Assembly: GCA_947445035.1 (NCBI GenBank)
Contig: CANFCK010000011.1
Coordinates: 81,567-145,566, forward strand
Origin: Deltaproteobacteria bacterium
GTDB lineage: Bacteria > Myxococcota_A > UBA796 > SXON01
Direction of reading: 5' to 3'
Length of the DNA: 64,000 nucleotides
The notes beneath the pieces were generated by a model. The model saw only the letters and a list, made by a program, of their open reading frames with translations. It did no database searches and was not told the origin of the DNA. The translations under genes and the position numbers were made by a program. Of this stretch, positions 35,348-44,805 are shown one piece after another. How positions within the stretch are numbered: position 1 is the first letter of the stretch; each line of letters begins with the position of its first letter.

Positions 35348-36589
35348 ATGTTGTTGACGTCGCTGATTGCTTGCGCCCCGTCGTCCATCAGCCTCGGGGG
35401 TGACGATTCGCCCGCATCAACAGCGGATGCGCAGCTCATCGGCGACACTGCGATCGAGCGGGCGCCGGGCGACACCGCGGGGGGAGGGGACACCGATCCG
35501 GTCGACGACCCCGATCTCTACGATGCCACCGTGATCTGGGAGCTTTCGCTGGACATCGGCCGAGACGGGTGGGACGAGCTGAGTCGCGACGGCACCGACT
35601 ATGTTGATGCGACCTTGGGGTGGGACAATCGCGCGTGGCCGGTGGCGATCCACATCAAGGGCTCCTCGAGCTGGCAGCCCATCGAGGACAAGCCGAGCCT
35701 GGTCATCGACGTGGACCAGATGGTGCCCGACCAGGAGTTCCTCGGCGCCAAGAAGTTCTACTTGCACAACGACTGTTACGACCCCAGCCAGATGTCGGAG
35801 ACCCTGTCGTACGGCCTTTACCGCGAGTGGCAGTTTCCTGCCTCGCGCACCAGCTTCGCCCACCTGACGGTCAATGGTCGCGACTACGGACTGTACACCG
35901 TGGTCGAGCCGCACAACCACGACTTTTTGCAGGAGTGGTTCGCCGAACCCGATGGCAACCTGTACGAAAACCGTGATGCTTACTGCGATGTGACCGATGT
36001 CAGCTGCATGGAGGTCGAGCAGGACGTTGAAGGGGGCGACGAAGCCCTGGAGCGCTTGGGCGTCGCCGCACGCGCCCGGGGAGCCGCTTGGCGCCCGGCC
36101 GTGGAGCCGCTCTTGGATTGGCAGCGCTTCATCGATGCCCTGGCCCTGGAAATCACCGTCGTCCACTGGGATAGTTATAGCTACGACCTGTCGAACTACC
36201 AGCTTTACCACGAGCCCGTCGCCGACAACTGGACCCTCTTGACCCAATCGATGGACCTGGACTTCGGCTTCCGCCCGTGGAGCTACCCCAGCTGCGGCCA
36301 ATATGGCATGGACATCGACAAGTACACCATGGGCATGCTCGCCTCCTCCTGTCACGGGGACGATAGCTGTAAAGAAGAGCTTGTTGGGCGCGTCCGGGAC
36401 TACGCCGATCTACTCGAAGCCGCCGATGGCGCCGCGCGGGTGCGTGAGTTGGACGCGCTCATCGGCGAGGCGGTGAAGGTCGACCCCCGCCGCTACTACG
36501 ACGACGGCGAGTACGACGAGCACATCGCCTGTCTGGAGCAGTTCTTCGCCGATCGGCCGGCGCAGCTGAGGGCGTGGGCGGGGGGGTGA
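35348..36589 (+). CDS. CotH-family protein (atypical kinase fold), lipoprotein; paralog 1
   Basis: Lipobox MLLTSLIAC (alternative ATG 35309). VAIHIKGSSSWQ..KPSLVIDVD...LHNDCYDPSQMSETLSYGLYRE...LTVNGRDYGLYTVVEP..DFLQEWF..DGNLYE. Confidence 0.8.
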   Translation: MLLTSLIACAPSSISLGGDDSPASTADAQLIGDTAIERAPGDTAGGGDTDPVDDPDLYDATVIWELSLDIGRDGWDELSRDGTDYVDATLGWDNRAWPVAIHIKGSSSWQPIEDKPSLVIDVDQMVPDQEFLGAKKFYLHNDCYDPSQMSETLSYGLYREWQFPASRTSFAHLTVNGRDYGLYTVVEPHNHDFLQEWFAEPDGNLYENRDAYCDVTDVSCMEVEQDVEGGDEALERLGVAARARGAAWRPAVEPLLDWQRFIDALALEITVVHWDSYSYDLSNYQLYHEPVADNWTLLTQSMDLDFGFRPWSYPSCGQYGMDIDKYTMGMLASSCHGDDSCKEELVGRVRDYADLLEAADGAARVRELDALIGEAVKVDPRRYYDDGEYDEHIACLEQFFADRPAQLRAWAGG

Positions 36590-36594
36590 TCGCG

Positions 36595-37185
36595 TCAGCC
36601 GCGCGGTGTGCGAAGCGCGCGGGCGAGGGCCCGTTCCGTATCGGGGCCGGTGAGGCCGTCGATCCGCGCGAGGGCGAGGCCGTGGATCGTCGAGGCCAGA
36701 TAGGCAGCGCGCTCGGGATCGCGCCGCGCGCCCAGGGCGGTTTCCAGGGCCCGACGCGGGGACGAGACCGTGAGCATGCCGTGGAGTCCCCCCCGGGCTG
36801 AACCCGGTGCATGCCAGCCCTCGCCGGACGCCAGGCGGTAGAGATTGGCGTGGGTGGCGGCAAAGGCGACCCAGCGCCCGGCGGCCTGCTGAAGGGCGAC
36901 CGGTTGTCCGCTTACGACGCGCGCTTCCACCAGGAGCAGGCCGAGGGCGGACTCGGCCACTGCGGCACGCATGCCCGCCAGGTTTCCGAACAGGCGAACG
37001 AGCGAAGTGGCCGTGACGCCGAGGTCCCGCGCGAGCCCGCGGAGGCTGAGCGCGCAGGGGCCATGGAGGGCGACGATCTGCCGCCCGCGGGCAAGGGCGG
37101 AAGGCGCCAGATTCCCGTGGTGGTAGCGGCGCTTGCGGGTCCAACCGTCGGCGAGGGTGGGCCTGGGATGGGGGGGGGAGTCCAT
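36595..37185 (-). CDS. TetR-family transcriptional regulator
   Basis: HTH block LSLRGLARDLGVTATSLVRLFGN. Start taken at ATG 37185 (MDSPPHPRP), because upstream codons cross an AT-rich palindrome. Confidence 0.75.
   Translation of the reverse strand: MDSPPHPRPTLADGWTRKRRYHHGNLAPSALARGRQIVALHGPCALSLRGLARDLGVTATSLVRLFGNLAGMRAAVAESALGLLLVEARVVSGQPVALQQAAGRWVAFAATHANLYRLASGEGWHAPGSARGGLHGMLTVSSPRRALETALGARRDPERAAYLASTIHGLALARIDGLTGPDTERALARALRTPRG
37170..37178. repeat. G9/C9 homopolymer inside codons 3-5 of the TetR gene
   Basis: atGGGGGGGGGag counted directly. Minus strand reads ATG GAC TCC CCC CCC CAT. Confidence 0.9.
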
Positions 37186-37191
37186 GGGCTC

Positions 37192-37212
37192 TATGTTAGC
37201 ATCGCTACTATA
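37192..37212. promoter_or_regulatory. AT-rich imperfect palindrome 7 nt upstream of the TetR start (candidate operator / -10 region)
   Basis: TATGTTAGCatcGCTACTATA has 7/9 matching arms and is by far the most AT-rich stretch locally. Read on the minus strand it contains TATAGT. Confidence 0.35.
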
Positions 37213-37601
37213 GGACCGCAAGCGGCCAAGGGTGCCCCCGACCGCCATTTCCCGGGCGTTGACGCCTCCCCTCATGCCGGCCCGACGCCTTGGCGGCCGC
37301 CCGATCCGCATCGCGTGACGAGAGCGTGGCGCACTGACGGCGGAACCGAGCGTTCCCCCTGAGAGAACGCGCGGCTGGCGACGGACAACCTCATGCCACG
37401 CCGCCCCCGTCCTGCTCGGATTTGTTCGACGCTAGCGGTAGAATTCGCCCCTTCGCCTGTTTGTCGAGTTCCTGATCCGTCAGCATCGGCGCGCGGCGGG
37501 CGACCTCGATGGGCCTACCCCCCTTCCGCGTCGACCTACCGACGGCGCCGTCCGGGGTAGAGTCTGTCGGTGCGTGGGCCGAGCGGCTCATGCTCGCCGC
37601 C

Positions 37602-38753
37602 TCACCCCTTCCGCTTGGCCATATCCAACTGCAGCTCCATGCACCGGCTGGCCAGCTGCTTCACCAGCACGCCAAGCCATCCACCACGCCGGCACTCTTC
37701 GTCGAGCGCCGCCCGGGTGATCACCCGCACCACCACCGGGCTCGTGGCGGTGACCGTGGCCGTTCGGGCGCCTCCCGAAACCAGCGCCGCTTCTCCGAAT
37801 GTGTCCCCGGCGCCCAGCTCGGCGATCGGACCGCCGTTCTGGCGGACTTCGCAGCTGCCCTCGACGATGAAGTAGGTATGTTCGGCATCCTGGCCTTGGC
37901 GCAAGATCTCGACCCCCTCGGCGAAGCTGCGCTTCTCGAACCACCAGCCATCGGCGCGGGCGCCGTGGAGATCGGCCGCCATTGCGATCGTGTCGCGGTA
38001 ACGGTCGCCTGGATCCAGCGCGAGCGCCTTCATCGCGATGCGCACCAACTCGGGCGGCAGCGGCCGCCCGGGGATCGCTGCTGGGCTGGCCACGGGCTTT
38101 GCTTCTGGCCCGGTGGCGCCGCGCTCCTCGAGGGTTAGCGAGCCATTCGGCTTACGACCCGACAGCGCGTAGTACAAGAGGCCGCCGATGCCCCAAACGT
38201 CGCTGCGAGCATCACAGATCTCGCCCCGCGCCTGCTCGGGCGGAGCCCAGCCCATCGTCCCGGCGAAGGGCACATCCGTTTCTCCCTTCACCTGGGCGAT
38301 GCCCCAATCCATCAGGTAGACCTGGCCGAAGGTGCCGATCATCACGTTTTCGGGCTTCAGATCGCGGTGGACGATGCCCCGGTGGTGCGCGAACGCCAGG
38401 CCCTCGCACAGCCGCAAAAGGGTGTCGATCACCCGGGTCAACGCGGTCACGGGATCCTTCTCCGCTCGCAACATCTCGCCGAAGGTGGCGCCCTCAACGC
38501 GTTTCATGGTGAACCAGTCGGGACCCAGATCGTAGATGGGTACGATCACCGGATGGTCCAACTGAGCAGTCACCTGCGCCTCACGGCGCAGCCGCGCGAG
38601 ATCGGCGGGTTCGGCGGGCACCGGAATCTTGACGGCGACAGGCCGTTCCAGCACCTGGTCGCGCACCACATGGATGGCGGCGGCGCCGCCGGTGGCGAGC
38701 AGTTGGCCGTCTTGGTAGCGCTCGGGATCGAGGGGGAGGCGGGTGTCGGACAT
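37602..38753 (-). CDS. Ser/Thr protein kinase with C-terminal cyclic-nucleotide-binding domain
   Basis: VAVKIP, HRGIVHRDLKPENVMI, DWGIA, GTMGWAPPEQ. C-terminal FAEGVEILRQGQDAEHTYFIVEGSCEV...GDTFGEAAL...RTATV matches the cNMP-binding beta-barrel. Confidence 0.85.
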   Translation of the reverse strand: MSDTRLPLDPERYQDGQLLATGGAAAIHVVRDQVLERPVAVKIPVPAEPADLARLRREAQVTAQLDHPVIVPIYDLGPDWFTMKRVEGATFGEMLRAEKDPVTALTRVIDTLLRLCEGLAFAHHRGIVHRDLKPENVMIGTFGQVYLMDWGIAQVKGETDVPFAGTMGWAPPEQARGEICDARSDVWGIGGLLYYALSGRKPNGSLTLEERGATGPEAKPVASPAAIPGRPLPPELVRIAMKALALDPGDRYRDTIAMAADLHGARADGWWFEKRSFAEGVEILRQGQDAEHTYFIVEGSCEVRQNGGPIAELGAGDTFGEAALVSGGARTATVTATSPVVVRVITRAALDEECRRGGWLGVLVKQLASRCMELQLDMAKRKG

Positions 38754-38791
38754 GCGAGTGCAAGCTAACTCTGGTAGGCTCCCGGCACCCG

Positions 38792-40585
38792 ATGCTCCTC
38801 GCTCTCGCCGCGCTGTCCCTTGCTGCTCCGCCCGACGTGGACTCTCCGCCGAAGGGGACCCAGAAGTTCCGAAAGGACGCGGCGGTCATCGTCTCGGTTG
38901 AGGACTACACGTTTTTGCCCGACGTCGGCGGCGCCTCGTTGGATGGTGACGCGCTGGAAAGTTGGCTGAGCCAGACCCGCGGTCTGGAGCGGATCACCCG
39001 GCTCCGGGATCCAGACAAATCGGCGATGCGGCGGGGGATTTCGGAGGCGGCGCGCAGCGTGCGCGGCGGGGGGAGTTTGTGGGTGTACTTCGCCGGTCAT
39101 GGATACGCTGATGACCAAGGCCGCCGGGTGCTCCTCAGCAAGGAGGCCGCGCCGGACGACCCGAGCGGGATCGTCCTGGAGGAGTTGGTGGGGAGCGGGA
39201 CGTCCGGGCGTGCCAAGCATATCCTGGTGATCCTCGACGCCGATTTCGGGGGGGTCGGTCGAGGCGGCGAGCCGCTTGGGGTCCCCGAAGGTAAGCTCTC
39301 GGCGATCGCGACGGGGACCGACGCCAAAGTCACCGTGTGGTCGGCCGCGTCGGCCGGCGAGGTGCCCGGGCCCTACCCCGCGACCGGCCATGGCCTTTTC
39401 ACCTGGTTGACCCTCGGTGCGTTGCGCGGGTGGGCCGATGGCGCGACGGGCGGAAAGCCCAACGGCGAGGTGAGCCTGGAGGAGGCGCAGTCCTTCGTCT
39501 GGGCCAAATCCCGACTTCTGGGCGGCCGCAACTCGAGCCCGAGTCGCGACGCCCGCCCCGAGGTGATGAAGTGGGTGGTTGCGCGGGGAGCCCTCGAGCC
39601 GGGTCCGGATGCCGACGCGTGGTCGGTCCTGGTCCAGGACGAAAAGTCCCGACGCGTCCGCGAGGCCGGGGGTCGGCTTCTGGCTGGGGCCACGAGCGAG
39701 TGGCTGGAGATCGTGGTCGTCACCGCGGTGGCGTCGCCCTCGGGCATTGAAAAACTCAATGGTTTCATCGCTCGCTACGAGCTTGCCGTGGTGCAGGTGG
39801 ACGGCCTCGACGTGGCGGTCAACGTGCCCGAGGTCGTCGACGCGCGGACGCGCTTGGACGGATTCGCCCGGGACACCCGCAAGTCCAAGGGCAAGAAACG
39901 GACGAAGAAGGGGCAGAAGAAGAAGACCGTCACCACCCCGACGCCTCCGGTTGCCAGCGCTACCCCGCTCTGCGACGACCTCGTCAAGCTTGAACCGGCG
40001 GCGATGGGCGGGACGCTCTCACCCGACCAGCTCACCTGTCTGGAGGTCAAGTTCACCAAGGTGGCGCGGCAGACGGAGCGCGACAAGATATCACGCGTAC
40101 TGTTGGCCAACGCCGACGGAAAAGGAAGTGTTAGCGACTGGATGCGTCTGGCGTCGCGGCACCTCGATGAGGTCGACCGCAGCGATCCGGACATGTGTTT
40201 CCGCTACGCCCTGACCCTTTCGCGGGACGGGAATATCGACGATGCGCCCGAGGTCTTACGTTGGGCCGATTACGCGCTGGAAAATAAATCCAGGTGGGAA
40301 GGCCCCACCTTCGTCGGTCGGGTCTACAACCTGTACCGCCTGCGCGCCGAGACCGCGACGCGGGTATGGATCGACGCGGAAGAAGAGCTGCTCTCCGATC
40401 GCACCGAAGACAACATGGTCGAGGCGGAAGAAGCCCGGGGACTCGCGAAGAACAGCGCGCGCGAGTGGTTGGATTATGCGCTGGTGGCCACCCAGCCCAG
40501 CGAGCGGGCGTATCGACTGTGCGAAACCGCCGCGGGGAGTGCCCACTTCTGCACCGCCACCAAACCTGTGGGCGATGCGCCGTGA
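38792..40585 (+). CDS. Secreted caspase-like (peptidase C14 fold) protein with Cys->Asp at the catalytic position, plus Lys-rich linker and helical C-terminal domain
   Basis: LWVYFAGHGY (His block) and HILVILDADFGG where C14 enzymes have DAC. Downstream GHGLFTWLTLGALRGWADG..NGEVSLEEA block. Linker KSKGKKRTKKGQKKK. Confidence 0.65.
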   Translation: MLLALAALSLAAPPDVDSPPKGTQKFRKDAAVIVSVEDYTFLPDVGGASLDGDALESWLSQTRGLERITRLRDPDKSAMRRGISEAARSVRGGGSLWVYFAGHGYADDQGRRVLLSKEAAPDDPSGIVLEELVGSGTSGRAKHILVILDADFGGVGRGGEPLGVPEGKLSAIATGTDAKVTVWSAASAGEVPGPYPATGHGLFTWLTLGALRGWADGATGGKPNGEVSLEEAQSFVWAKSRLLGGRNSSPSRDARPEVMKWVVARGALEPGPDADAWSVLVQDEKSRRVREAGGRLLAGATSEWLEIVVVTAVASPSGIEKLNGFIARYELAVVQVDGLDVAVNVPEVVDARTRLDGFARDTRKSKGKKRTKKGQKKKTVTTPTPPVASATPLCDDLVKLEPAAMGGTLSPDQLTCLEVKFTKVARQTERDKISRVLLANADGKGSVSDWMRLASRHLDEVDRSDPDMCFRYALTLSRDGNIDDAPEVLRWADYALENKSRWEGPTFVGRVYNLYRLRAETATRVWIDAEEELLSDRTEDNMVEAEEARGLAKNSAREWLDYALVATQPSERAYRLCETAAGSAHFCTATKPVGDAP

Positions 40586-40653
40586 CTCATCGCTCGTCGG
40601 GCATCGTCGCTGCGCATCGCGCGTCCGCCCGCTGACGGGTTAGCCCGCGCGCT

Positions 40654-41967
40654 ATGCCGCGCGTGTACATCAAGACCTTCGGCTGCCAGATGAACGAGGT
40701 CGACTCGGGCAAGATGCGCGCCCTGCTCGGCAAGGACGGCTTCACCGCCACTGACGAGCCCGCAGACGCCGACCTCATCCTGGTCAACACCTGCTCGATT
40801 CGCGAGAAGCCGGAGCAGAAGCTGCATAGCTTCCTCGGTCGCGTGCTCCCCCAAAAGCGCCAACGGCCGCTGACCGTCGGCATTGCGGGGTGCATGGCGC
40901 AGGTGGACGGGGAGCGGCTTTTCGCCCGCTATCCGCAGGTCGATCTGGTCTTCGGCCCCGATGCCGTAAGCCGCGTGGTCGACATGGTCTCGACCGCGAA
41001 GACGCGTCGCGTGCTGGACACGCAGTTTCTCGACGCGGACGACTACCCCTTCGTCTCCGACGTCGATCCGGTCGCCGCGGCGAAGCTCTCCGCGTTCGTC
41101 ACCATCCAGAAGGGCTGTGACAACCGGTGCACCTTCTGCATCGTGCCCGCGACACGGGGTGACGAAATCAGCCGCCCCATGGCCGACGTCCTCAGCGAAG
41201 TCCGTGCGCTCACCGACCGCGGCGTCCGCGAGATCACGCTCGTGGGCCAGAACGTCAACAGCTACGGGCTGAAGCTCCCTGGCCACGCCACCTTCGCCGA
41301 GCTGCTGGCCCAAGTCCACGAGATTGTGGGCGTCGAGGTGCTCCGCTATACCACCTCGCACCCCCGCGACATCGGTGACGACGTGGTCGCAGCGTACCGG
41401 GCTCTCCCCAAGCTCGCCTCTCACCTGCACCTCCCCGTGCAGAGCGGCAGCAATGCTGTCTTACGACGGATGAAGCGCTTCTACACCCGCGAGCACTACC
41501 TCGGCGTCGTCGAGCGCCTCCGCGCGGCACGTCCGGACCTCGTGCTCACGACCGACGTCATCACGGGGTTTCCGGGGGAAACCGACGCCGACTTCGACCA
41601 GACCATGTCGCTCTTGGACGCGGTACGGTTCCAGGCGTCGTTCAGCTTCTGCTACAACCCCCGCCCCGGCACGCCGGCGCTCCGGCTGCTTGACGATGCC
41701 GTCCCCGTCGCTGTGGCCCACGCCCGCCTGGAACGGTTTCAGGCCCGCCAGCGCGAGATCGCCATCGAAGCCCACGCGGCGCTGGTCGGGTCCACCCAGC
41801 GGGTGCTGGTGGAAGGTCCCAGCGCCCACGATGAAGGCGTCGTCTGCGGCCGCACCAGCGGCTTCAAGACCGTGAATTTCCCCGGTAGCGAAGCGCTGGT
41901 CGGCACCTGGGTGGACGTGGTCATCACCCGGGGGTTCGCGAACACCCTTCGGGGAGAGGCGGCTTAA
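40654..41967 (+). CDS. miaB: tRNA-i6A37 methylthiotransferase
   Basis: MPRVYIKTFGCQMNEVDS, NTCSIREKPE, radical-SAM QKGCDNRCTFCIVP, C-terminal TRAM. Confidence 0.92.
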   Translation: MPRVYIKTFGCQMNEVDSGKMRALLGKDGFTATDEPADADLILVNTCSIREKPEQKLHSFLGRVLPQKRQRPLTVGIAGCMAQVDGERLFARYPQVDLVFGPDAVSRVVDMVSTAKTRRVLDTQFLDADDYPFVSDVDPVAAAKLSAFVTIQKGCDNRCTFCIVPATRGDEISRPMADVLSEVRALTDRGVREITLVGQNVNSYGLKLPGHATFAELLAQVHEIVGVEVLRYTTSHPRDIGDDVVAAYRALPKLASHLHLPVQSGSNAVLRRMKRFYTREHYLGVVERLRAARPDLVLTTDVITGFPGETDADFDQTMSLLDAVRFQASFSFCYNPRPGTPALRLLDDAVPVAVAHARLERFQARQREIAIEAHAALVGSTQRVLVEGPSAHDEGVVCGRTSGFKTVNFPGSEALVGTWVDVVITRGFANTLRGEAA

Positions 41968-41982
41968 TCGTACCTTTGGCCT

Positions 41983-42001
41983 GTCGGCGCTACCCGCCGA
42001 C
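41983..42001. terminator. 7-bp stem / 5-nt loop hairpin between convergent miaB and the 41990 gene
   Basis: GTCGGCGctaccCGCCGAC. No clear U-tract. Overlaps the last codons of the minus-strand gene. Confidence 0.25.
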
Positions 42002-42628
42002 CGTGTACTTCACCGACCGGGTGAAAAGCAGCTCGGATTTGCCGCCGCTGGGCAGCCGGCTCACTTTCACCTCCAGCACGCCAGAGTCTGCCGAGACCGG
42101 CGCTGACAGCCGGAAGAATTGGATGGAAGGGCCTTTGTCGGCCACGGCGTCGCGGGTGATGTTCGAGCGGGACTCGGCAACCTTTTTTCCGTCGGCGAAG
42201 ATCTCGGCGATCAACCAGTAGGCGGTGCCGTCAAAATCGGCCTTGGAGTTGCCGTAGAGCACCGGCATCTCCACCACGACCATGTCTTTGTCGGCGACGA
42301 CGATCGACGGCGCCCAGTTGTCGGTCAGCAGTTTGGCGCCAGCGGTGTTCACCGGCATGGCCGTACTGACGCCCGGGGGCCCCAGGTCCTTTTCGGGGCT
42401 GGGCTTGACGGTCACCTTGGCTTCGGGCGGCGCGGTCTTTGGGATGTCGAATGCGTCGTCGTCCGTGAAGGCGTCGCCGCTTGGCACGCCGGCGTTGACG
42501 CCTTTCTGTTCTGCCGGGGTGGTGGTCGAGAAGAAGTCGTCGTCGTCGTCCGCCACCGCAGGAGTCTGAAGTTCATTGGCGAACGCGGAAGAAGATAGGA
42601 CGGTGGCAAGCAGCAGGAGGGCGTTCAC
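41990..42628 (-). CDS. Secreted hypothetical protein
   Basis: Signal peptide MNALLLLATVLSSSAFANE, acidic/Pro-rich linker, then a beta-rich domain. No recognisable motif. Confidence 0.55.
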   Translation of the reverse strand: MNALLLLATVLSSSAFANELQTPAVADDDDDFFSTTTPAEQKGVNAGVPSGDAFTDDDAFDIPKTAPPEAKVTVKPSPEKDLGPPGVSTAMPVNTAGAKLLTDNWAPSIVVADKDMVVVEMPVLYGNSKADFDGTAYWLIAEIFADGKKVAESRSNITRDAVADKGPSIQFFRLSAPVSADSGVLEVKVSRLPSGGKSELLFTRSVKYTVGG

Positions 42629-42646
42629 GGGGGCTCCGGGGTCGAG

Positions 42647-43990
42647 GTGCGGCGCGACCGCACGATAGACGGTATTTCTAGAATGTCAAGGCCTGCAAAC
42701 CCCCATGCCCTCGTGGACTTCCGTATTCGTTCGCGGGAAAGTTTCGGCGTGGCCGCCGTGGCGTGGCGCTGGGCCCCGGTAGTGGCGGTCGCGGCAGCGC
42801 TTCCCTTGGTTCTGGGCGACGGCCTGGCAGGCTCGGTGGCCGACCCTGCGGGGCGCCGCGGCGCCGTCCTGTCGCTGGTCGTCAGGGTGGCGCTGCTCCT
42901 GGCCGCTTGGTTGTCGTTGCGGACCTTCGACCTCGTGGTTCGTGGCCCCGACCGCGGGGTCGTCGACTTGCATCCCATCCTGGCGCGCGCCTATGTGCGG
43001 GCCCGGCTGGTGGCAGCCGTCCGGGGGGCCGGGCCCGCGCTGGTGGCAGCGCTGGTGACGCTCCTGCCTTCCTGGCAGGACCCGGCGCTCGTGGTGGCGG
43101 GGGCGCTGCTCCTCGGGGGCGCTTGGGCGGCTGGGCTCAGCTTGGGCATCGGCGTGAACCTCGCCGCGCCCTCGCTCGCGGTGCGCGACGGGATTGCTCC
43201 GGTTCTGGACGCGCTTCGTGGACCCAACCCGCGCGCCCAGGCCGCGCTGATCTGGGCGCCGGCCGGAGCGCTTTTCGTCACCGGCCTCGCGATTCTGGGC
43301 GCGACCGCCGGCATCGAGGCTGCGATGGCGGGAAACCCCGCCGGCTACGCGCTCTGCGGGCTGCCGTGGTTGGCGGCCGCTCTCGGCGTCCGGGCCGCCT
43401 TCGTGGACGCGGACACCCTTGCGCGGATTCCGGCGGTGCTCGGCGAGGTCGAGTCCACCTACGCCGCGGTGGAGGCGGCCGAAGAGGGCCATCGCGTCTA
43501 CTTAGAGTGGACCGTGCGATGGGCGCCCGGCGGCTGGCAGCCCGAGTTGCTCCGGGTGTTTCGGCACGGCTGGCGCGGGGAGCGAGGCTGGCTGGGCGCC
43601 AGCTTTCTGGCGGCGGCGCTCGGGGCGCTTTCGGCGTGGAGCGACGCCCCGGGTGCGGGGCGGAGCCTGCTTCTGGCGGGGTTGCTGCTCGCGGGAGTGG
43701 GGGCGCTCGGTCCGCGGCTCCGGGCGCGCGATCCGGCGTGGCTGGCGTTGGTCCTGCCGGCCACGGGGCGTGCCTGGGCGCTGTCGTTGGCCATCGTCGC
43801 GTGGGGTCAGGTGATTGTGTGTGCCGTCGCGGCTGCGCTCCTCGTGCGGCAGGGCTTCGGGGTCGCGACGCTGTCCTGGTTGCGCTTGGAGCTGGTGTTG
43901 GTCGTGCTCGCGGTCGTCGGCGCGCGCCTGCCTGCGGCCGGCTACGTACCGCTGGCGGTGCTGGTCTGCGCGCTGGGGGTTTGGCGGTGA
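42647..43990 (+). CDS. Polytopic membrane protein, likely permease partner of the downstream ABC ATPase
   Basis: Many hydrophobic segments. The stop overlaps the ATPase GTG start (GTGA). The alternative-frame ORF 42763.. is Arg/Gly junk. Confidence 0.55.
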   Translation: MRRDRTIDGISRMSRPANPHALVDFRIRSRESFGVAAVAWRWAPVVAVAAALPLVLGDGLAGSVADPAGRRGAVLSLVVRVALLLAAWLSLRTFDLVVRGPDRGVVDLHPILARAYVRARLVAAVRGAGPALVAALVTLLPSWQDPALVVAGALLLGGAWAAGLSLGIGVNLAAPSLAVRDGIAPVLDALRGPNPRAQAALIWAPAGALFVTGLAILGATAGIEAAMAGNPAGYALCGLPWLAAALGVRAAFVDADTLARIPAVLGEVESTYAAVEAAEEGHRVYLEWTVRWAPGGWQPELLRVFRHGWRGERGWLGASFLAAALGALSAWSDAPGAGRSLLLAGLLLAGVGALGPRLRARDPAWLALVLPATGRAWALSLAIVAWGQVIVCAVAAALLVRQGFGVATLSWLRLELVLVVLAVVGARLPAAGYVPLAVLVCALGVWR

Positions 43991-44664
43991 TCGTCGCAAC
44001 GGATGTCGTCAAGAAGTTTGGGAGGACCACCGCCCTGGCCGGTGTGTCCTTGTCCGTTGCCGCTGGCGAGCGGGTGGCGCTCCTCGGTCACAACGGCGCC
44101 GGCAAGAGCACGCTGATGAAGCTCCTCGCCGGCCAGCTCCTTCCGGGGGAGGGCCGCGTTCTGCTGGCTGGTGTCGATGTTTCAGCGGCGCCCGCCCGCG
44201 CGCGCTCGGTGCTCGGCTACGTGCCCGAGGAGCCCATCCTGTGGGAGTACCTGACCGCGCGTGAAACCCTGGAGTACGTGGTGGCGGTGCGCGGAACCGG
44301 CGATCTCGAGGCGGCGCTGGCGCTGACCGGCCTTGGGGCAGACGCGGACCGCCTGGTGCGGGAGTACAGCCAGGGCATGCGTCGCAAGGTCGCGATTGCA
44401 GCGGCGCTCGTCGCCCACCCGCCGGTGCTGGTGTTCGACGAGGCGCTCAACGGGCTGGATCCCCCCTCAGCGCTGGCGATCGCCGAGGAGCTCGGGCGGC
44501 GGGCCGCGGCGGGTGCGGCGGTGCTCATCAGCACCCACGTGATCGACCTGGTGCCGCGCATCGCCGACCGGGTGGTGGTCTTGCGAGCAGGCAGAGTCGA
44601 CGCCGAGTTCCGGGTGAGCGACCTGGGGCCGGAGGGGTTGGCGGGGGTTTTTCGGAGGGAGTGA
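43987..44664 (+). CDS. ABC transporter ATP-binding protein (ABC-2 type)
   Basis: Walker A GHNGAGKST, signature-like YSQGMRRK, Walker B VLVFDEALNGLD, H-loop ISTHV. Confidence 0.85.
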   Translation: MIVATDVVKKFGRTTALAGVSLSVAAGERVALLGHNGAGKSTLMKLLAGQLLPGEGRVLLAGVDVSAAPARARSVLGYVPEEPILWEYLTARETLEYVVAVRGTGDLEAALALTGLGADADRLVREYSQGMRRKVAIAAALVAHPPVLVFDEALNGLDPPSALAIAEELGRRAAAGAAVLISTHVIDLVPRIADRVVVLRAGRVDAEFRVSDLGPEGLAGVFRRE

Positions 44665-44805
44665 GTCACCCATGCCGGCCGGCGAGCGTCTTCCCCCCGC
44701 AGCGAGCACCCGGCGCCGGAACGGCGGCCGCCGAAGCTGTCGCGACATCAACGGAATTTTCGCCCGCAATTCGTGGGTTCGAGGGCGCTCGGTTGACTGA
44801 GTAGC

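Noticed and set aside
37391-37591. 66-aa minus-strand ORF starting 10 nt after the kinase stop (MSRSAHAPTD...MLTDQELDKQAKGRILPLASNKSEQDGGGVA)
   Set aside because: Moderately coding-like GC3 but no motif, no signal and no support I can check. Left uncalled, though it could be a real small protein.
44776-44784. GGTTCGAGG resembling a tRNA T-loop in the spacer after the ABC ATPase
   Set aside because: The flanking bases cannot form a T-stem, acceptor stem or anticodon arm. No tRNA-like cloverleaf was seen in the larger spacers I read by eye.
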